Source: Candidatus Woesearchaeota archaeon (lineage in GTDB: Archaea > Nanobdellota > Nanobdellia > CAYMVK01 > CAYYFB01). From it: a stretch of DNA of 64,000 bases. The DNA lies in assembly GCA_964471255.1 (NCBI GenBank), contig CAYYFB010000002.1, positions 106,283 to 170,282 on the forward strand. The letters run 5' to 3'. The position numbers were made by a program, and so were the translations under genes. Below, in pieces: positions 18,323 through 28,205 of the stretch (positions within the stretch are counted from its first letter, which is position 1; the number at the start of each line of letters is the position of its first letter). Below the pieces are notes generated by a model. It was given only the letters and a program-made list of their open reading frames with translations. It searched no databases and was not told where the DNA came from.

Positions 18323-19266
18323 GGGTTAATAACTTCTATTTTTCCTTCTTTATCAATTTTTATTTTCATAAAATCCGCTCCAGCCACAACCTTATCATAT
18401 TCTTTCTTTGCTTCCTCAAGTAATGGCCTAGTGTCTTTATATCTTTGGGAGAAATGAGTAAGGACTAATAGCTTTGGTTTTATAATTTTCCCTATCTCTC
18501 CTGCCTGTTTCGAATCCAAATGCATTTTTTCTGTTTCTTCTCCCCTATCTTTTGATAAGTAAGTTGATTCAATTATTAATAAAGTTGAATCCTTCGCTAT
18601 TTCAAAAATTTGATCACAATAATCCGTATCAGTAATGTATACTATCTTCTTTCCAGGAACCACATAAGTCGCCTCTTCAGGAGTAATTAATTTCCCCCTT
18701 ATTCTGATTGGCTTCCCTTCCTTTAATTTCCTTAGGATTTTCCCTGGCCTAATCCCCTCTTTTTTCAAAAAATCTTTTCTTATGTTACGATAAGGGTATG
18801 TTTCAAAAGCATAGGCTAGACAAGGAATATCATGCTTTAGATAAATACAGGAAACTTGGAATTCTTTTTCTTTTAAAATTGTTCCTTTATAGCCTAAAGG
18901 TATTTCATTTATCTTTAACTTAAACCCAAGTCTGTAAGCGCAGCATTTTAGCATATGAAAAAGGAACTCATTAGTACCAACTGGCCCAAATATCAATAAA
19001 TCCTTTTTTCTTCCATTTAGATCCATAGACTGAAGCAGTCCAGGTATCCCTAATACATGATCTCCATGCCAATGGGTTATGAAAATTGCTTCAATTTTTT
19101 GTGGGCTTAATCCTGCCTTTCTTATCCTCAATTGTGCCCCTTCCCCGCAGTCAAATAAGAATATCCTTCCCTTATACCTTAGAGCAATACAGGGGTGTTC
19201 CCTATATTCGGTAGGGAAAGAGCTAGAAGTCCCCAATAGATATACCTCAATCATACTAACTAGCAA
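18319..19266 (-). CDS. rnz: Ribonuclease Z (tRNA 3' endonuclease, metallo-beta-lactamase fold)
   Basis: LLGTSSSFPT, FLFDCGEGAQ, ITHWHGDHVLGIPGLL, LTHFSQRY. Confidence 0.85.
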   Translation of the reverse strand: MLVSMIEVYLLGTSSSFPTEYREHPCIALRYKGRIFLFDCGEGAQLRIRKAGLSPQKIEAIFITHWHGDHVLGIPGLLQSMDLNGRKKDLLIFGPVGTNEFLFHMLKCCAYRLGFKLKINEIPLGYKGTILKEKEFQVSCIYLKHDIPCLAYAFETYPYRNIRKDFLKKEGIRPGKILRKLKEGKPIRIRGKLITPEEATYVVPGKKIVYITDTDYCDQIFEIAKDSTLLIIESTYLSKDRGEETEKMHLDSKQAGEIGKIIKPKLLVLTHFSQRYKDTRPLLEEAKKEYDKVVAGADFMKIKIDKEGKIEVINP

Positions 19267-20332
19267 AAGAAGTGAGAATTGTACCAGCCAGGATTGAAAG
19301 ATAAACTAGAGTTAATGTTATTCCTATAACCTTTCCTCTTATCTTTTTGGAGTAATTATAATAAGCTATTCCAGTTAGACCTCCCGTTACTACCATCCCA
19401 ACTGCTCCAGTAATGCTGAGAATATCTACAAACCCCAACTTCCCTATATAAGCTACAAAAAAAGGAAGGTAGTAAGCAATAAAAAGAGATAAAAATCTAT
19501 TTAACTTAAAATCTCTCTCCAGCATGCAAAACAGCACATATCCTAAAGAAATATAAGAAGTACTCATGCACAATAGTACTAAAGCAAGGCCAAAAACCTT
19601 CTTAATGCCAGTTAGGTTCTCTATTGCAATTTGTTTAATATTTTCCCCATAATTTCCGAGAAATGCTAAGGCAAAAACAAAATACAAAACAAAAACAAAT
19701 AAGTAAGCTAACAGGACAGATATCCCCACCCTCCTTTTATCAAGAAATTTTAGTAATATTGGAATTGAACTATAGCCTGCGCTTGCAAATACACATACAT
19801 TAAAAGTGTAGAAAAAATTTGCTGGAGAGCTACCATAAAGATTAGAAATTTTGACTCCAGGAGTCAAGAAAAAAGCTATTAAGAATGCTGATGTAATTAA
19901 AATAATAACAAGGCATGTCTGGACTTCTGATAATACCCTAATTCCTTTATAACCTAACAAGGAGATTAAAAAAACAAACATGATGCTAGCAACTCTTTTG
20001 TCTATTCCTATTAAAGCATTAACAGCCTCCCCTATCCCTATATTATAAGCAACAATAGCCCCAAAGCAAAGAAAGAAAAGGCTTAGGCTAGAAATTATGA
20101 ATCCAAATTTTCCAGTATATCTTGAGTAAATATCAGGAATTTCATCTTCCTCCTTCCCCATATCCGCAAGCATAAGGGATGTAATTCCCAAAAGCAAGCA
20201 AGAGAGAGACAGTGCTATAGACCCTAAGGCAAAGCCTGTTTTGGAAAAGGCATAAGGAATACCGAAAATCCCCGCTCCAACGATTGTACCTATCATTACA
20301 CTGGCCCCAACGAATATGCCCTTAACTCTCAT
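19256..20332 (-). CDS. Amino acid permease-like transporter (about 11 TM)
   Basis: A polytopic membrane protein with N-terminus GASVMIGTIVGAGIFGIPYAFSKTG, typical of amino-acid/aromatic permease families. Confidence 0.6.
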   Translation of the reverse strand: MRVKGIFVGASVMIGTIVGAGIFGIPYAFSKTGFALGSIALSLSCLLLGITSLMLADMGKEEDEIPDIYSRYTGKFGFIISSLSLFFLCFGAIVAYNIGIGEAVNALIGIDKRVASIMFVFLISLLGYKGIRVLSEVQTCLVIILITSAFLIAFFLTPGVKISNLYGSSPANFFYTFNVCVFASAGYSSIPILLKFLDKRRVGISVLLAYLFVFVLYFVFALAFLGNYGENIKQIAIENLTGIKKVFGLALVLLCMSTSYISLGYVLFCMLERDFKLNRFLSLFIAYYLPFFVAYIGKLGFVDILSITGAVGMVVTGGLTGIAYYNYSKKIRGKVIGITLTLVYLSILAGTILTSFAS

Positions 20333-20375
20333 ATCTCTTCTTATTTTATAGGAAAAAATAGTAGTGGGATATTAG

Positions 20376-22136
20376 ATGAGAATAGCAATAATTGATAGGA
20401 AAAAGTGTGCTGCATTTAGTAAGTGCGATTTAATTTGCATGAGATACTGTCCAGTCCAAAGGGCAAAGAAGGAGGTATTTAAGATCGTGGATAAGAAAAT
20501 CCAAATAAATGAAGAGCTCTGTATAGGCTGCGGGATATGTGTAAAGAAATGTCCATTTAATGCAATAAAAATAGTAAATATCCCTGATGAGTACGAAAAA
20601 AGGTTAATTCATAGTTATGGAAAGAATTCTTTTAGACTCTATGGATTACCCCATCCTAAACTTGGGGAAATAATTGGAATATTGGGAAAAAATGGGATTG
20701 GAAAAACAACATCCTTTCTAATTCTTTCTGGAAAACTTCTTCCTAATTTTGGCAAGGAAAACATAAGAGAAGAGGACGTTCTTAACAATTTCAGAGGAAA
20801 AAGCATTGCTAAATATTTTGAAGAGCTATACTTTAAAAAGATAAAAATATCACAAAAACCCCAGTATATTGGTCTAATAAAAAAGAAATTCAAAGGAAAA
20901 GTAAGTAACCTTATAAAAAAGTTCAATGTTGAAAAAGTTATAGAATTACTCCGGTCTCTTAATTCAGAATATTTGCTAGAGAGAAGGATAGAGGATTTGT
21001 CTGGAGGGGAGTTACAAAAACTTTTGGTTTGTCTTGCACTTTCAAAGGATGCAAACGTTTTCCTAATAGATGAACCATCAAGTCATTTGGATATTATAGA
21101 AAGAGTAAGAGTCTCTAATTTAATAAGAAATCAGATAGGAGAGGACTCGTATTGTATGGTTATAGATCATGATTTGTTGGTAATTGATCTGTTAGCTGAT
21201 TACGTTTATATCTTTTATGGGACTCCTGGGGCCTATGGTGTTGTTTCAAGTCTTTATCAGTGTAGAGTAGGAATAAATGCGTACCTAGATGGCTTTCTTA
21301 GAGCTGATAATGTAAGATTCAGAGAATGGAAAATTATTTTTGAGGAAAAGAAAGCAATACCAATAGAAGAGTCGGAAACGTTGCTTGAATGGGAAGGAAT
21401 AAAGAAAAGACTTGGAGATTTTGAACTGAAGGCTCAAAAAGGAAAAATTAGGGTTGGGGAAATAATTGGAATATTGGGAAAAAATGGGATTGGAAAAACA
21501 ACCTTTCTGAGAATAATAGCGAATGAGCTTTCTCCAGACTCAGGAGAGATAAAAAAGAACGATTTAAAAATTTCGCATAAAAAACAATTTATAGTTCCAG
21601 AAGGAAAAGAGCTGGTTAAGGATGTTTTAGGAAAAATAAACAAAGATTACAATACAGGGTACTTAAGAGAAACTGTAATAAGGCCATTGGGAATTCTGGA
21701 TTTGCTAGAGAGAAGGATAGAGGATTTGTCTGGAGGGGAGTTACAAAAGTTTGAAATAGCTAAGTGTCTGATTTCAGATGCAGATATTTACTTACTCGAT
21801 GAACCTACCGCCTATTTAGATATAGAAGAAAGAATAATTCTTTCAAAGGTTATAAGAAAGGTTGTAAAAGATTTGAAAAAGGCAGCATTTGTTGTAGACC
21901 ACGATCTCCTTTTCTTAAATTATGCAATAGATAGCCTAATAATTTTCGAAGGAATACCTGGAAAACAAGGCCTTTGCTCAGAACCTTTGGACTTTTATAC
22001 AGGAATGGAAAGATTTCTTAGATCTGTTGGAATAACCATAAGAAAAGACAAAGAAAGTGGTAGGCCAAGGGTAAATAAACCTGGGAGCAAGAAAGATAGA
22101 GAGCAAAGAAGCCTTAACAGATATTTTTTAGGTTAA
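20376..22136 (+). CDS. abce1: ABCE1 / RNase L inhibitor homolog (ribosome recycling factor)
   Basis: N-terminal 4Fe-4S ferredoxin cysteines (CIGCGICVKKCPF). Two ABC NBDs, each with GILGKNGIGKTT and LSGGELQK. Confidence 0.92.
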   Translation: MRIAIIDRKKCAAFSKCDLICMRYCPVQRAKKEVFKIVDKKIQINEELCIGCGICVKKCPFNAIKIVNIPDEYEKRLIHSYGKNSFRLYGLPHPKLGEIIGILGKNGIGKTTSFLILSGKLLPNFGKENIREEDVLNNFRGKSIAKYFEELYFKKIKISQKPQYIGLIKKKFKGKVSNLIKKFNVEKVIELLRSLNSEYLLERRIEDLSGGELQKLLVCLALSKDANVFLIDEPSSHLDIIERVRVSNLIRNQIGEDSYCMVIDHDLLVIDLLADYVYIFYGTPGAYGVVSSLYQCRVGINAYLDGFLRADNVRFREWKIIFEEKKAIPIEESETLLEWEGIKKRLGDFELKAQKGKIRVGEIIGILGKNGIGKTTFLRIIANELSPDSGEIKKNDLKISHKKQFIVPEGKELVKDVLGKINKDYNTGYLRETVIRPLGILDLLERRIEDLSGGELQKFEIAKCLISDADIYLLDEPTAYLDIEERIILSKVIRKVVKDLKKAAFVVDHDLLFLNYAIDSLIIFEGIPGKQGLCSEPLDFYTGMERFLRSVGITIRKDKESGRPRVNKPGSKKDREQRSLNRYFLG

Positions 22137-22855
22137 ATCATAAGCAAGACTCTTAAGAAAGACCTAATAGATGTACAAAAGGAAATAAGGATCAAAAAAT
22201 AGAGAGGAGCCTTGTAATCTTCTATGTATTTCTTCAAGAGGTAAAAAATTAACAAGGATCCAAAAATTCTTAGAGTTGGGTAAGAAACTGGTAAGGTATT
22301 TAACAAAAATTCAGATAAGGGATGTAGTTCTCCATAACCAAAGTAATGGGTAGCAAATAGTGGAACTATAGAATCCAGGGATGAAAAAAACAGAAAAAGC
22401 ATTAATTCAACATCCTTTATAAACAAAATTGGAAATAGGGGAAGAAGGCAAAAAAATACAGAAAAATTTATTCCTTTTCTATTTAGAAAGACCAAGGAAA
22501 AAATAAATGATGCTATAAGCGCATTTATCCAACACACTCTATCATAGTTTTCCCCGTAGATTTTTCTTGAAAAATACAACATAAAAAATCCTAAAGGTAT
22601 GAATATAATCCATATTCCAGGAGTAACTGTGAAGAAGGAAGTTGGGAGAACGTGGGCATCCTCCAACAATCTGGTAGAGATCCCAATTAAGGAGAAAGAG
22701 AGTATTGTCTTTAAGAAGTTTATATCGAATTTAAATTTTAATTTCTTTAAAACCCAATACACAATCAAAAACCATATAAATGCTAAGAAAGACAGAAAAA
22801 ATTCCCAAAAAACAGAATAACTACCCATATAGTCTCTGCTGGATAAGGCTAACAA
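22133..22855 (-). CDS. Integral membrane protein of unknown function
   Basis: 240 aa, about 7 hydrophobic helices, no motif recognised. Confidence 0.5.
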   Translation of the reverse strand: MLALSSRDYMGSYSVFWEFFLSFLAFIWFLIVYWVLKKLKFKFDINFLKTILSFSLIGISTRLLEDAHVLPTSFFTVTPGIWIIFIPLGFFMLYFSRKIYGENYDRVCWINALIASFIFSLVFLNRKGINFSVFFCLLPLFPILFIKDVELMLFLFFSSLDSIVPLFATHYFGYGELHPLSEFLLNTLPVSYPTLRIFGSLLIFYLLKKYIEDYKAPLYFLILISFCTSIRSFLRVLLMI

Positions 22856-23153
22856 GATAATCTATCCTCTGAGTTAAGTAATCTATTCGTTGAACGAGTC
22901 TTTGAATATCTAATCTCATCATATCTATCTTATTGCTTAATACAGCGATATCCATAGAAATGTCTTTTTCAGTATGCAGCTCTACCGCCCTTTCTATTTT
23001 TGGCTTCCTTTCTAGGGGTTTAATAGGAGTTACAGAGGGTTTAGAGAGTTCCTCTCTAAACTCGCTCTCAAAATTTAAATCAATATCCTCTATCTCAGGA
23101 AATTCTTCCTCTTTCTTTTTCTTTTTTTTGAAGATACTCACAATCCCTCTCAT
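22821..23153 (-). CDS. Small coiled-coil protein
   Basis: 110 aa with a basic/acidic N-terminus and a C-terminal heptad repeat (DIQRLVQRIDYLTQRIDYLVSLIQQ). Confidence 0.4.
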   Translation of the reverse strand: MRGIVSIFKKKKKKEEEFPEIEDIDLNFESEFREELSKPSVTPIKPLERKPKIERAVELHTEKDISMDIAVLSNKIDMMRLDIQRLVQRIDYLTQRIDYLVSLIQQRLYG

Positions 23154-23166
23154 ACCTTTTTAGGAA

Positions 23167-24522
23167 ATGATTAATACTTTTTGGCTTTCGATTTATTTTG
23201 TGGAAGTAAGTAAGTTATTAGAAAAATTTGAAAAGATAAAAGAGATGAAATTTAGTGTAGACAAGCCAAGGTTCGATTTTGAGGAATTCTATTTATCAGT
23301 TTTAGGAAAATCTGTGGAAGATGGATGGGAAGTAAAGAAATACATAGAGAAAATTGTAATAACGCCTGGATCAAAAGCAATGGATATTTTTGGAGCAAGA
23401 CTTTCTGGATGGCAAGAAAAAATCTTCAAAATTGGAGAGCAGATTTCAGTAATGACAAGAGGGATATGGAAGCTCTTTAATGATTTGAGAAAAGCTGAAA
23501 GATTAAGAATACTCTTTAAAGAGTGGGAAAAGAAAAAAGATGAAAAAGCACTTTATCAATTAAAAGCTTACTGGATGACTGAAGTTGATCCAAAAGAGTC
23601 TGGACGTGGATCTATAAATGCATTAGCAGCAATGGGGATGCCAATTATCAGAGATGCTTTCTTTGCCTGCAAGAGTATTGAAGAAGCGGAAAAATTAGAA
23701 ATAAATGAGAGAGTAAAAAGAATTTTGCTCCAAAAATTAAAGTCGTTCTTTATATGGCTTGAATATGAAAAAGAAAATGTAGAGAGAAGGTTAAAGTTTA
23801 CAAGAAGCTACTTGAAATCGATGATGTCTTCACTTGAAAATTACATTTCATGGCTAAAACCCTTGCTTCGCTTTACTAGGGCTTTTAAGTTCGAAGAGTG
23901 GAAGGAGCCTTTTATGCTTTCTTTATTCGATCAGACTTTAGCCTATGCTAGCCTATTTTTATTAAAGGAAGTTCAAGATGGGTATTTTTGCCTAGTAAAG
24001 TTAGATTTAAAATGTTTGGGAAGACATAAGAGAATCTCTGTTCCTCCTGCTGGAGAGACCTATGTGCTTAGCGGTTCTCTTAGTATTTCTCTAGAGGGAT
24101 ATGCGATTAATGAAAAGCAAAAAAAGGAATTATTCGATGCAATTGATGAAGAAGAACAAAAAGCTTTAGAAAATATTGTCTCTAAATCAGAGGAAGAGAT
24201 AATAAAAAGCATAAAAGAATACTTAGAAGCGGTCGAAAAAGGTGAAACAGAATATATAAAGAAAAGTTTGGGAATTGAAGAGGAAAAAAAGAAAAAAAGT
24301 TTAAAAGAAAAAATAAAAGAAGAAAGCCTCATTCTATCCACTTTCATAGAGGCGGCAGAGTTTTTTAGCAAACTTTTTAAGAAGAAAAAGGAGGAAAAGA
24401 AAGAGGAAAAGGAAAAACCTCCAAGAGAACTAAAAATCTATGACCATATAAAAGATTTATGTAAGGATGAATTTGATAAGCTTGTAGATACAGTAAAAGC
24501 TATCGCAGGTATTGAAATATGA
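23167..24522 (+). CDS. Hypothetical 451-aa protein with a Lys/Glu-rich C-terminal half; first gene of a three-gene operon
   Basis: Long ORF with no domain recognised. ATGA overlap with the next gene. The start is uncertain (an internal Met at about 23245 is possible). Confidence 0.55.
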   Translation: MINTFWLSIYFVEVSKLLEKFEKIKEMKFSVDKPRFDFEEFYLSVLGKSVEDGWEVKKYIEKIVITPGSKAMDIFGARLSGWQEKIFKIGEQISVMTRGIWKLFNDLRKAERLRILFKEWEKKKDEKALYQLKAYWMTEVDPKESGRGSINALAAMGMPIIRDAFFACKSIEEAEKLEINERVKRILLQKLKSFFIWLEYEKENVERRLKFTRSYLKSMMSSLENYISWLKPLLRFTRAFKFEEWKEPFMLSLFDQTLAYASLFLLKEVQDGYFCLVKLDLKCLGRHKRISVPPAGETYVLSGSLSISLEGYAINEKQKKELFDAIDEEEQKALENIVSKSEEEIIKSIKEYLEAVEKGETEYIKKSLGIEEEKKKKSLKEKIKEESLILSTFIEAAEFFSKLFKKKKEEKKEEKEKPPRELKIYDHIKDLCKDEFDKLVDTVKAIAGIEI

Positions 24523-26573
24523 CAGAACAGCCCATACCAAAAGGCTTTAAGTTTGAATGGAGTACTTATCAAAGACTTTCGGAGAATCCTTTAACTGAAT
24601 TAGGAATAAAACCATCAGCTATAGGTACTTCTGGAGTAGGTAGGCCCCCTCTTGAGTTATTTGAAACATTGCTTGGATCTGGAGCACCAAGAATAGAAAT
24701 TGTTGAATCTTTAGGAGAAAGAGGGTTCCAGATCCCCAAATGGGCTGCTGAGAGGATCAGAGAATTAGCAAAAATAAATAAGGTAAGAGTAAGTTTGCAT
24801 GCCCCACCAAATCTTACTGATATTTCAACTATGAAAGAGGACCAACTGAAAAATATACTTCATAAAGAGCTTGAGACTGCTGTAGATTTGGTAATGAGTC
24901 CAAAGGAGAAGAAAGGAGATCCAAGAGAAGTCTTGGAAAAAGCTAAAAAAGGTTTAGTAAATCTACATGGAAATATTGGAACCCAACTAGGTCTCTTTAA
25001 AGTAAAACCAGAGATGGGCGGTGTTCCTGCTCCATATATAGAATATTCCCAACCTTACCTAATTGCAAGGAAGACACCCACAGGAGAATATGAAATAACA
25101 AGGCTTGAAGGGAGACCGCTCGCAGCATATTCCGATGAGCTCCTTTCTATTTACTTCCCAGAAAAGAAGAAAGAGATAGAGGAGGAGCTAAGAAAATTAA
25201 AAGAAGATTATGAGGCTGGAAAAATAAGATTTGATGAATATTTGAATAAAAAAGACAAAATACTAAAAGAGATGGACAAATGGGCAAGAAAAGCGCTTCA
25301 ACTTCATGCAGATACAGAGGTAACATCTCTTTATCTAAGAATGAAAGAGCTGGAAGAAGATATTGGTGAAAGGGCAAAGGATATTGCAGAAACTATGGGA
25401 CAAATAGAAAGAATACGTAAGCAAATAGAACAAACAACAGATCCTGATGAAAGAAGAAGATTAGAAGAATTGCTTATCCAAAATCAGAAAAAACTGAGAG
25501 ATCTATTGAGGAGATCAAAAGGTGGGATTTTAATGAGGGATCTTGGAAGATCTATATCAAGCATTGCTTTTCTCCAATCCTCTCTCTCACAACTTTCTGA
25601 AGCATTTGAAAAACCAAAGAAAATAGAAAGGGAAGAAATAAAAAAAGAAATAGAAAATCTCTATGGAATAAAGATAAAGGAATTAGGAGAAAGATTAAAA
25701 GAAAGGGGCTTGATAACTGAAAGAGGGTTACAAAAAATATCAGAAGCTCTTGCAGATGTAAAGGAAGAATTAGCAAAGAGATTTGGAATGGGAGTAAAGG
25801 CTAATGTTCTCTCTGCTGAGGAATTCTTAGCAGAGAACACTGCCAGAAAACTTTCTAGAGTTTTAGCTGATTTCTTTGTAAAAAAAGGATACATGCCGAC
25901 TGTTTGCTTAGAGAATGTTCAAGTACCATGGTATGATGGAGATATAAGATTTCTTACCAAAGTAATTAAGAAAACAAGGGAATATTTTGTTGAGGAAGTT
26001 ATGAAACGGAGAGATAAACTAGAAGAAAAAGGACTTTCTCTTAGTAAGGAAGAATTGAAAAAACTGGCTAAAGATACGATAGGATTAACCCTTGATACTT
26101 CTCATTTGTGGTTTTGGAGAGATTATGGAAAATCAGATGAAGAAATACTCAAGGACTTGGAATACGCTTTAAAGGAGGGTGTTGTTAGACACATCCACGC
26201 TGTGGATACTATCCCAGGGCTTGGCCATCTTCACCTAGTCCCTGGAGAGGGGACATTAGACTGGAAAAAGATAATTAAAAAGATAAAAGAAGCTATAAAA
26301 GAAGGAAAGGTCCCTGAGGATGTATCTTTTATACTTGAACCTGGAACAACCGTTTCCGAATTAGCTGGATTGGCTAGGCTTCCAGGTGCGCAGGCAATGG
26401 GGATAAGAGAATCGGAACTTGCTGGATATACTTATGCGGCTGCAGTTTATCCGTGGGCAATGCAAGCAGGGCCAGTATCTCCTTATATAGGAACAGAGCC
26501 TTATCCTATAGCTTCAGAATACTTTGGATGGGGGCCTGAGGCTTCTTATTTTGAAGAAGTAAAAAAGAGATAG
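24519..26573 (+). CDS. Xylose-isomerase-like (AP endonuclease 2 family) TIM-barrel protein split by a long coiled-coil insertion
   Basis: The N-terminal part has RIEIVESLG, VRVSLHAPP and NLHGN. The C-terminal part has VCLENV, IGLTLDTSHLWF, VRHIHAVD, HLVPGEGTLDWKKIIKKI and VSFILEPG. Between them lie about 330 aa of K/E/R-rich heptad-like sequence. Confidence 0.6.
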   Translation: MTEQPIPKGFKFEWSTYQRLSENPLTELGIKPSAIGTSGVGRPPLELFETLLGSGAPRIEIVESLGERGFQIPKWAAERIRELAKINKVRVSLHAPPNLTDISTMKEDQLKNILHKELETAVDLVMSPKEKKGDPREVLEKAKKGLVNLHGNIGTQLGLFKVKPEMGGVPAPYIEYSQPYLIARKTPTGEYEITRLEGRPLAAYSDELLSIYFPEKKKEIEEELRKLKEDYEAGKIRFDEYLNKKDKILKEMDKWARKALQLHADTEVTSLYLRMKELEEDIGERAKDIAETMGQIERIRKQIEQTTDPDERRRLEELLIQNQKKLRDLLRRSKGGILMRDLGRSISSIAFLQSSLSQLSEAFEKPKKIEREEIKKEIENLYGIKIKELGERLKERGLITERGLQKISEALADVKEELAKRFGMGVKANVLSAEEFLAENTARKLSRVLADFFVKKGYMPTVCLENVQVPWYDGDIRFLTKVIKKTREYFVEEVMKRRDKLEEKGLSLSKEELKKLAKDTIGLTLDTSHLWFWRDYGKSDEEILKDLEYALKEGVVRHIHAVDTIPGLGHLHLVPGEGTLDWKKIIKKIKEAIKEGKVPEDVSFILEPGTTVSELAGLARLPGAQAMGIRESELAGYTYAAAVYPWAMQAGPVSPYIGTEPYPIASEYFGWGPEASYFEEVKKR

Positions 26574-26580
26574 ATTTAGT

Positions 26581-27315
26581 ATGAAGACAAGAGATATCGC
26601 AGTAAAGTTTGCTGATAGGGTTGTAGACAAATTCAAAGAGTTTATCAAATCTGTGGTTCTTTTTGGATCTGCTGCCAGGGAAGAGGAGGCTAGAGATATA
26701 GATCTTCTTATAATAGTCGATGACACATTACTTCCATGGACTGTAGAGACGTATAATACCGTTTATCATGAAATTGGGAAAATATTAGAAGATTTTGAAG
26801 AAAAGGAAAAAATACATCCTAATGTATTAGTACTAACAGCATTTGTTAATAACCTGATTAAGGGGGATCCAATTCTTGTAAATATAGTTAGGGATGGAAT
26901 TCCAATTTATGATGTTGGTGTATTCTCTGCAATGCAACGCCTATTGAGGAAAGGGACTTTTAAACCCTCTCCAGAAGCAGTTCAGGCCTGTTTCAATAGA
27001 GCGTTAATTCATGAGGGGAGAATAAAATGGAAACTTTTAACCACATTAATAGATGTCTATTGGGCGATGATAATGTTATCAGAGGCTTACTTACTAAAAC
27101 AAGGAATTATCCCAAGATCTCCTTCCGAGATCCCTGATCAGCTTAAAGAAATCCTAAAAGGAGAAAAATACCCAGAATGGCTAAGAGAAATCTATAATAT
27201 CCAGAAAGAAATAGCAAGATATCAAAAGAAGGAAGTAACTATAGAAGAACTAAAAAAATGGCTAGATAGGCTAAAAGAGTTCTCTACATATATGGAAGAG
27301 AAACTTAAGTCTTAG
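26581..27315 (+). CDS. Nucleotidyltransferase-domain protein with a C-terminal helical domain (KNTase/MNT-HEPN-like fusion)
   Basis: VVLFGSAAREEEARDIDLLIIVDD is the NTase motif. The helical C-terminal half is paralogous to that of ORF 28206..29210. Confidence 0.7.
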   Translation: MKTRDIAVKFADRVVDKFKEFIKSVVLFGSAAREEEARDIDLLIIVDDTLLPWTVETYNTVYHEIGKILEDFEEKEKIHPNVLVLTAFVNNLIKGDPILVNIVRDGIPIYDVGVFSAMQRLLRKGTFKPSPEAVQACFNRALIHEGRIKWKLLTTLIDVYWAMIMLSEAYLLKQGIIPRSPSEIPDQLKEILKGEKYPEWLREIYNIQKEIARYQKKEVTIEELKKWLDRLKEFSTYMEEKLKS

Positions 27316-28178
27316 ATTTTATATTCTTCTTTAATAAACTTTTCCAAAAGCTCCTTGTAGATTTTATCTCTAATCCTTCTCAATCCCTCATAAAATTTAC
27401 TTACCCTTTGCTTAGTGAGGACGCCTGCCCTGGAACGTATTTGTGGGACGTTTTTAAGAAGATATGTCCTAACATCGGAGCTTTCTGTTTCTATACCATA
27501 GATTGGCTCTATTAAAAGGGCTTCAGAAGCACTGTCTATAAGCTCCGCATGCAGGATAAGAGGAAGGATATTTTTTGCCTCTCCTTTTTTGTACAAATCC
27601 TCTAATGCCTTTTTAAGCTCTTCCTCCCCACTCAAGATCCCCAATCGTCCTGCCAACTTTCTTAGTTGATCGGAAAGAGTCCTGTTAACTTCATCTTCTC
27701 TCATATCCTTTCTCCTTTGGAAATCAACACTAGCTTTCTCAAGTGCATTGAATAATTCCATAAATAAAGTATCCTCATGGGAAACGGCCAGTTCATCTTT
27801 AATTGTTTGGAGCACCTCCCTCCTATTGTATTTTATTTCCTCAATTGAATTTTTGATCCTTTCCGAAAGTCTCCTTAATTCTTCATCTTTTTCTAAAAAA
27901 TCTTTTAAATCTCCAGCAGGAAAGATCAAACTCATTAGGGTTAAGAATGTTTCTAGATTGAGCTTGTCACTGGGAGTAAATTCCGCCTCTTTAATCTCCC
28001 TAGCAAATGCTTTAAGAGTGGATATATCTATCCCCCCAGACAAAGAGTAATTTATTATTCTCCTGACAATATCCTTCTTTTCCATTTCTTTTCTTACCAA
28101 CAATTCTGGGAGTCTGGCTTCACGCCATACTATTTCTATTCTGGGGGGAACTGGAGACCTAATCTCTTCTTCAGCCAT
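27312..28178 (-). CDS. Hypothetical acidic helical protein
   Basis: 288-aa ORF, convergent with the upstream operon (4-nt overlap of stops). No motif recognised. Confidence 0.5.
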   Translation of the reverse strand: MAEEEIRSPVPPRIEIVWREARLPELLVRKEMEKKDIVRRIINYSLSGGIDISTLKAFAREIKEAEFTPSDKLNLETFLTLMSLIFPAGDLKDFLEKDEELRRLSERIKNSIEEIKYNRREVLQTIKDELAVSHEDTLFMELFNALEKASVDFQRRKDMREDEVNRTLSDQLRKLAGRLGILSGEEELKKALEDLYKKGEAKNILPLILHAELIDSASEALLIEPIYGIETESSDVRTYLLKNVPQIRSRAGVLTKQRVSKFYEGLRRIRDKIYKELLEKFIKEEYKI

Positions 28179-28205
28179 ATTTTTTTCTATTGTGTTCTAG
28201 TAATT

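Noticed and set aside
20990-21740. CTGGAGGGGAG in both ABCE1 halves, considered as further motif copies.
   Set aside because: These encode the ABC signature LSGGE and differ from the motif at its defining CG. They were counted neither as exact copies nor as variants.
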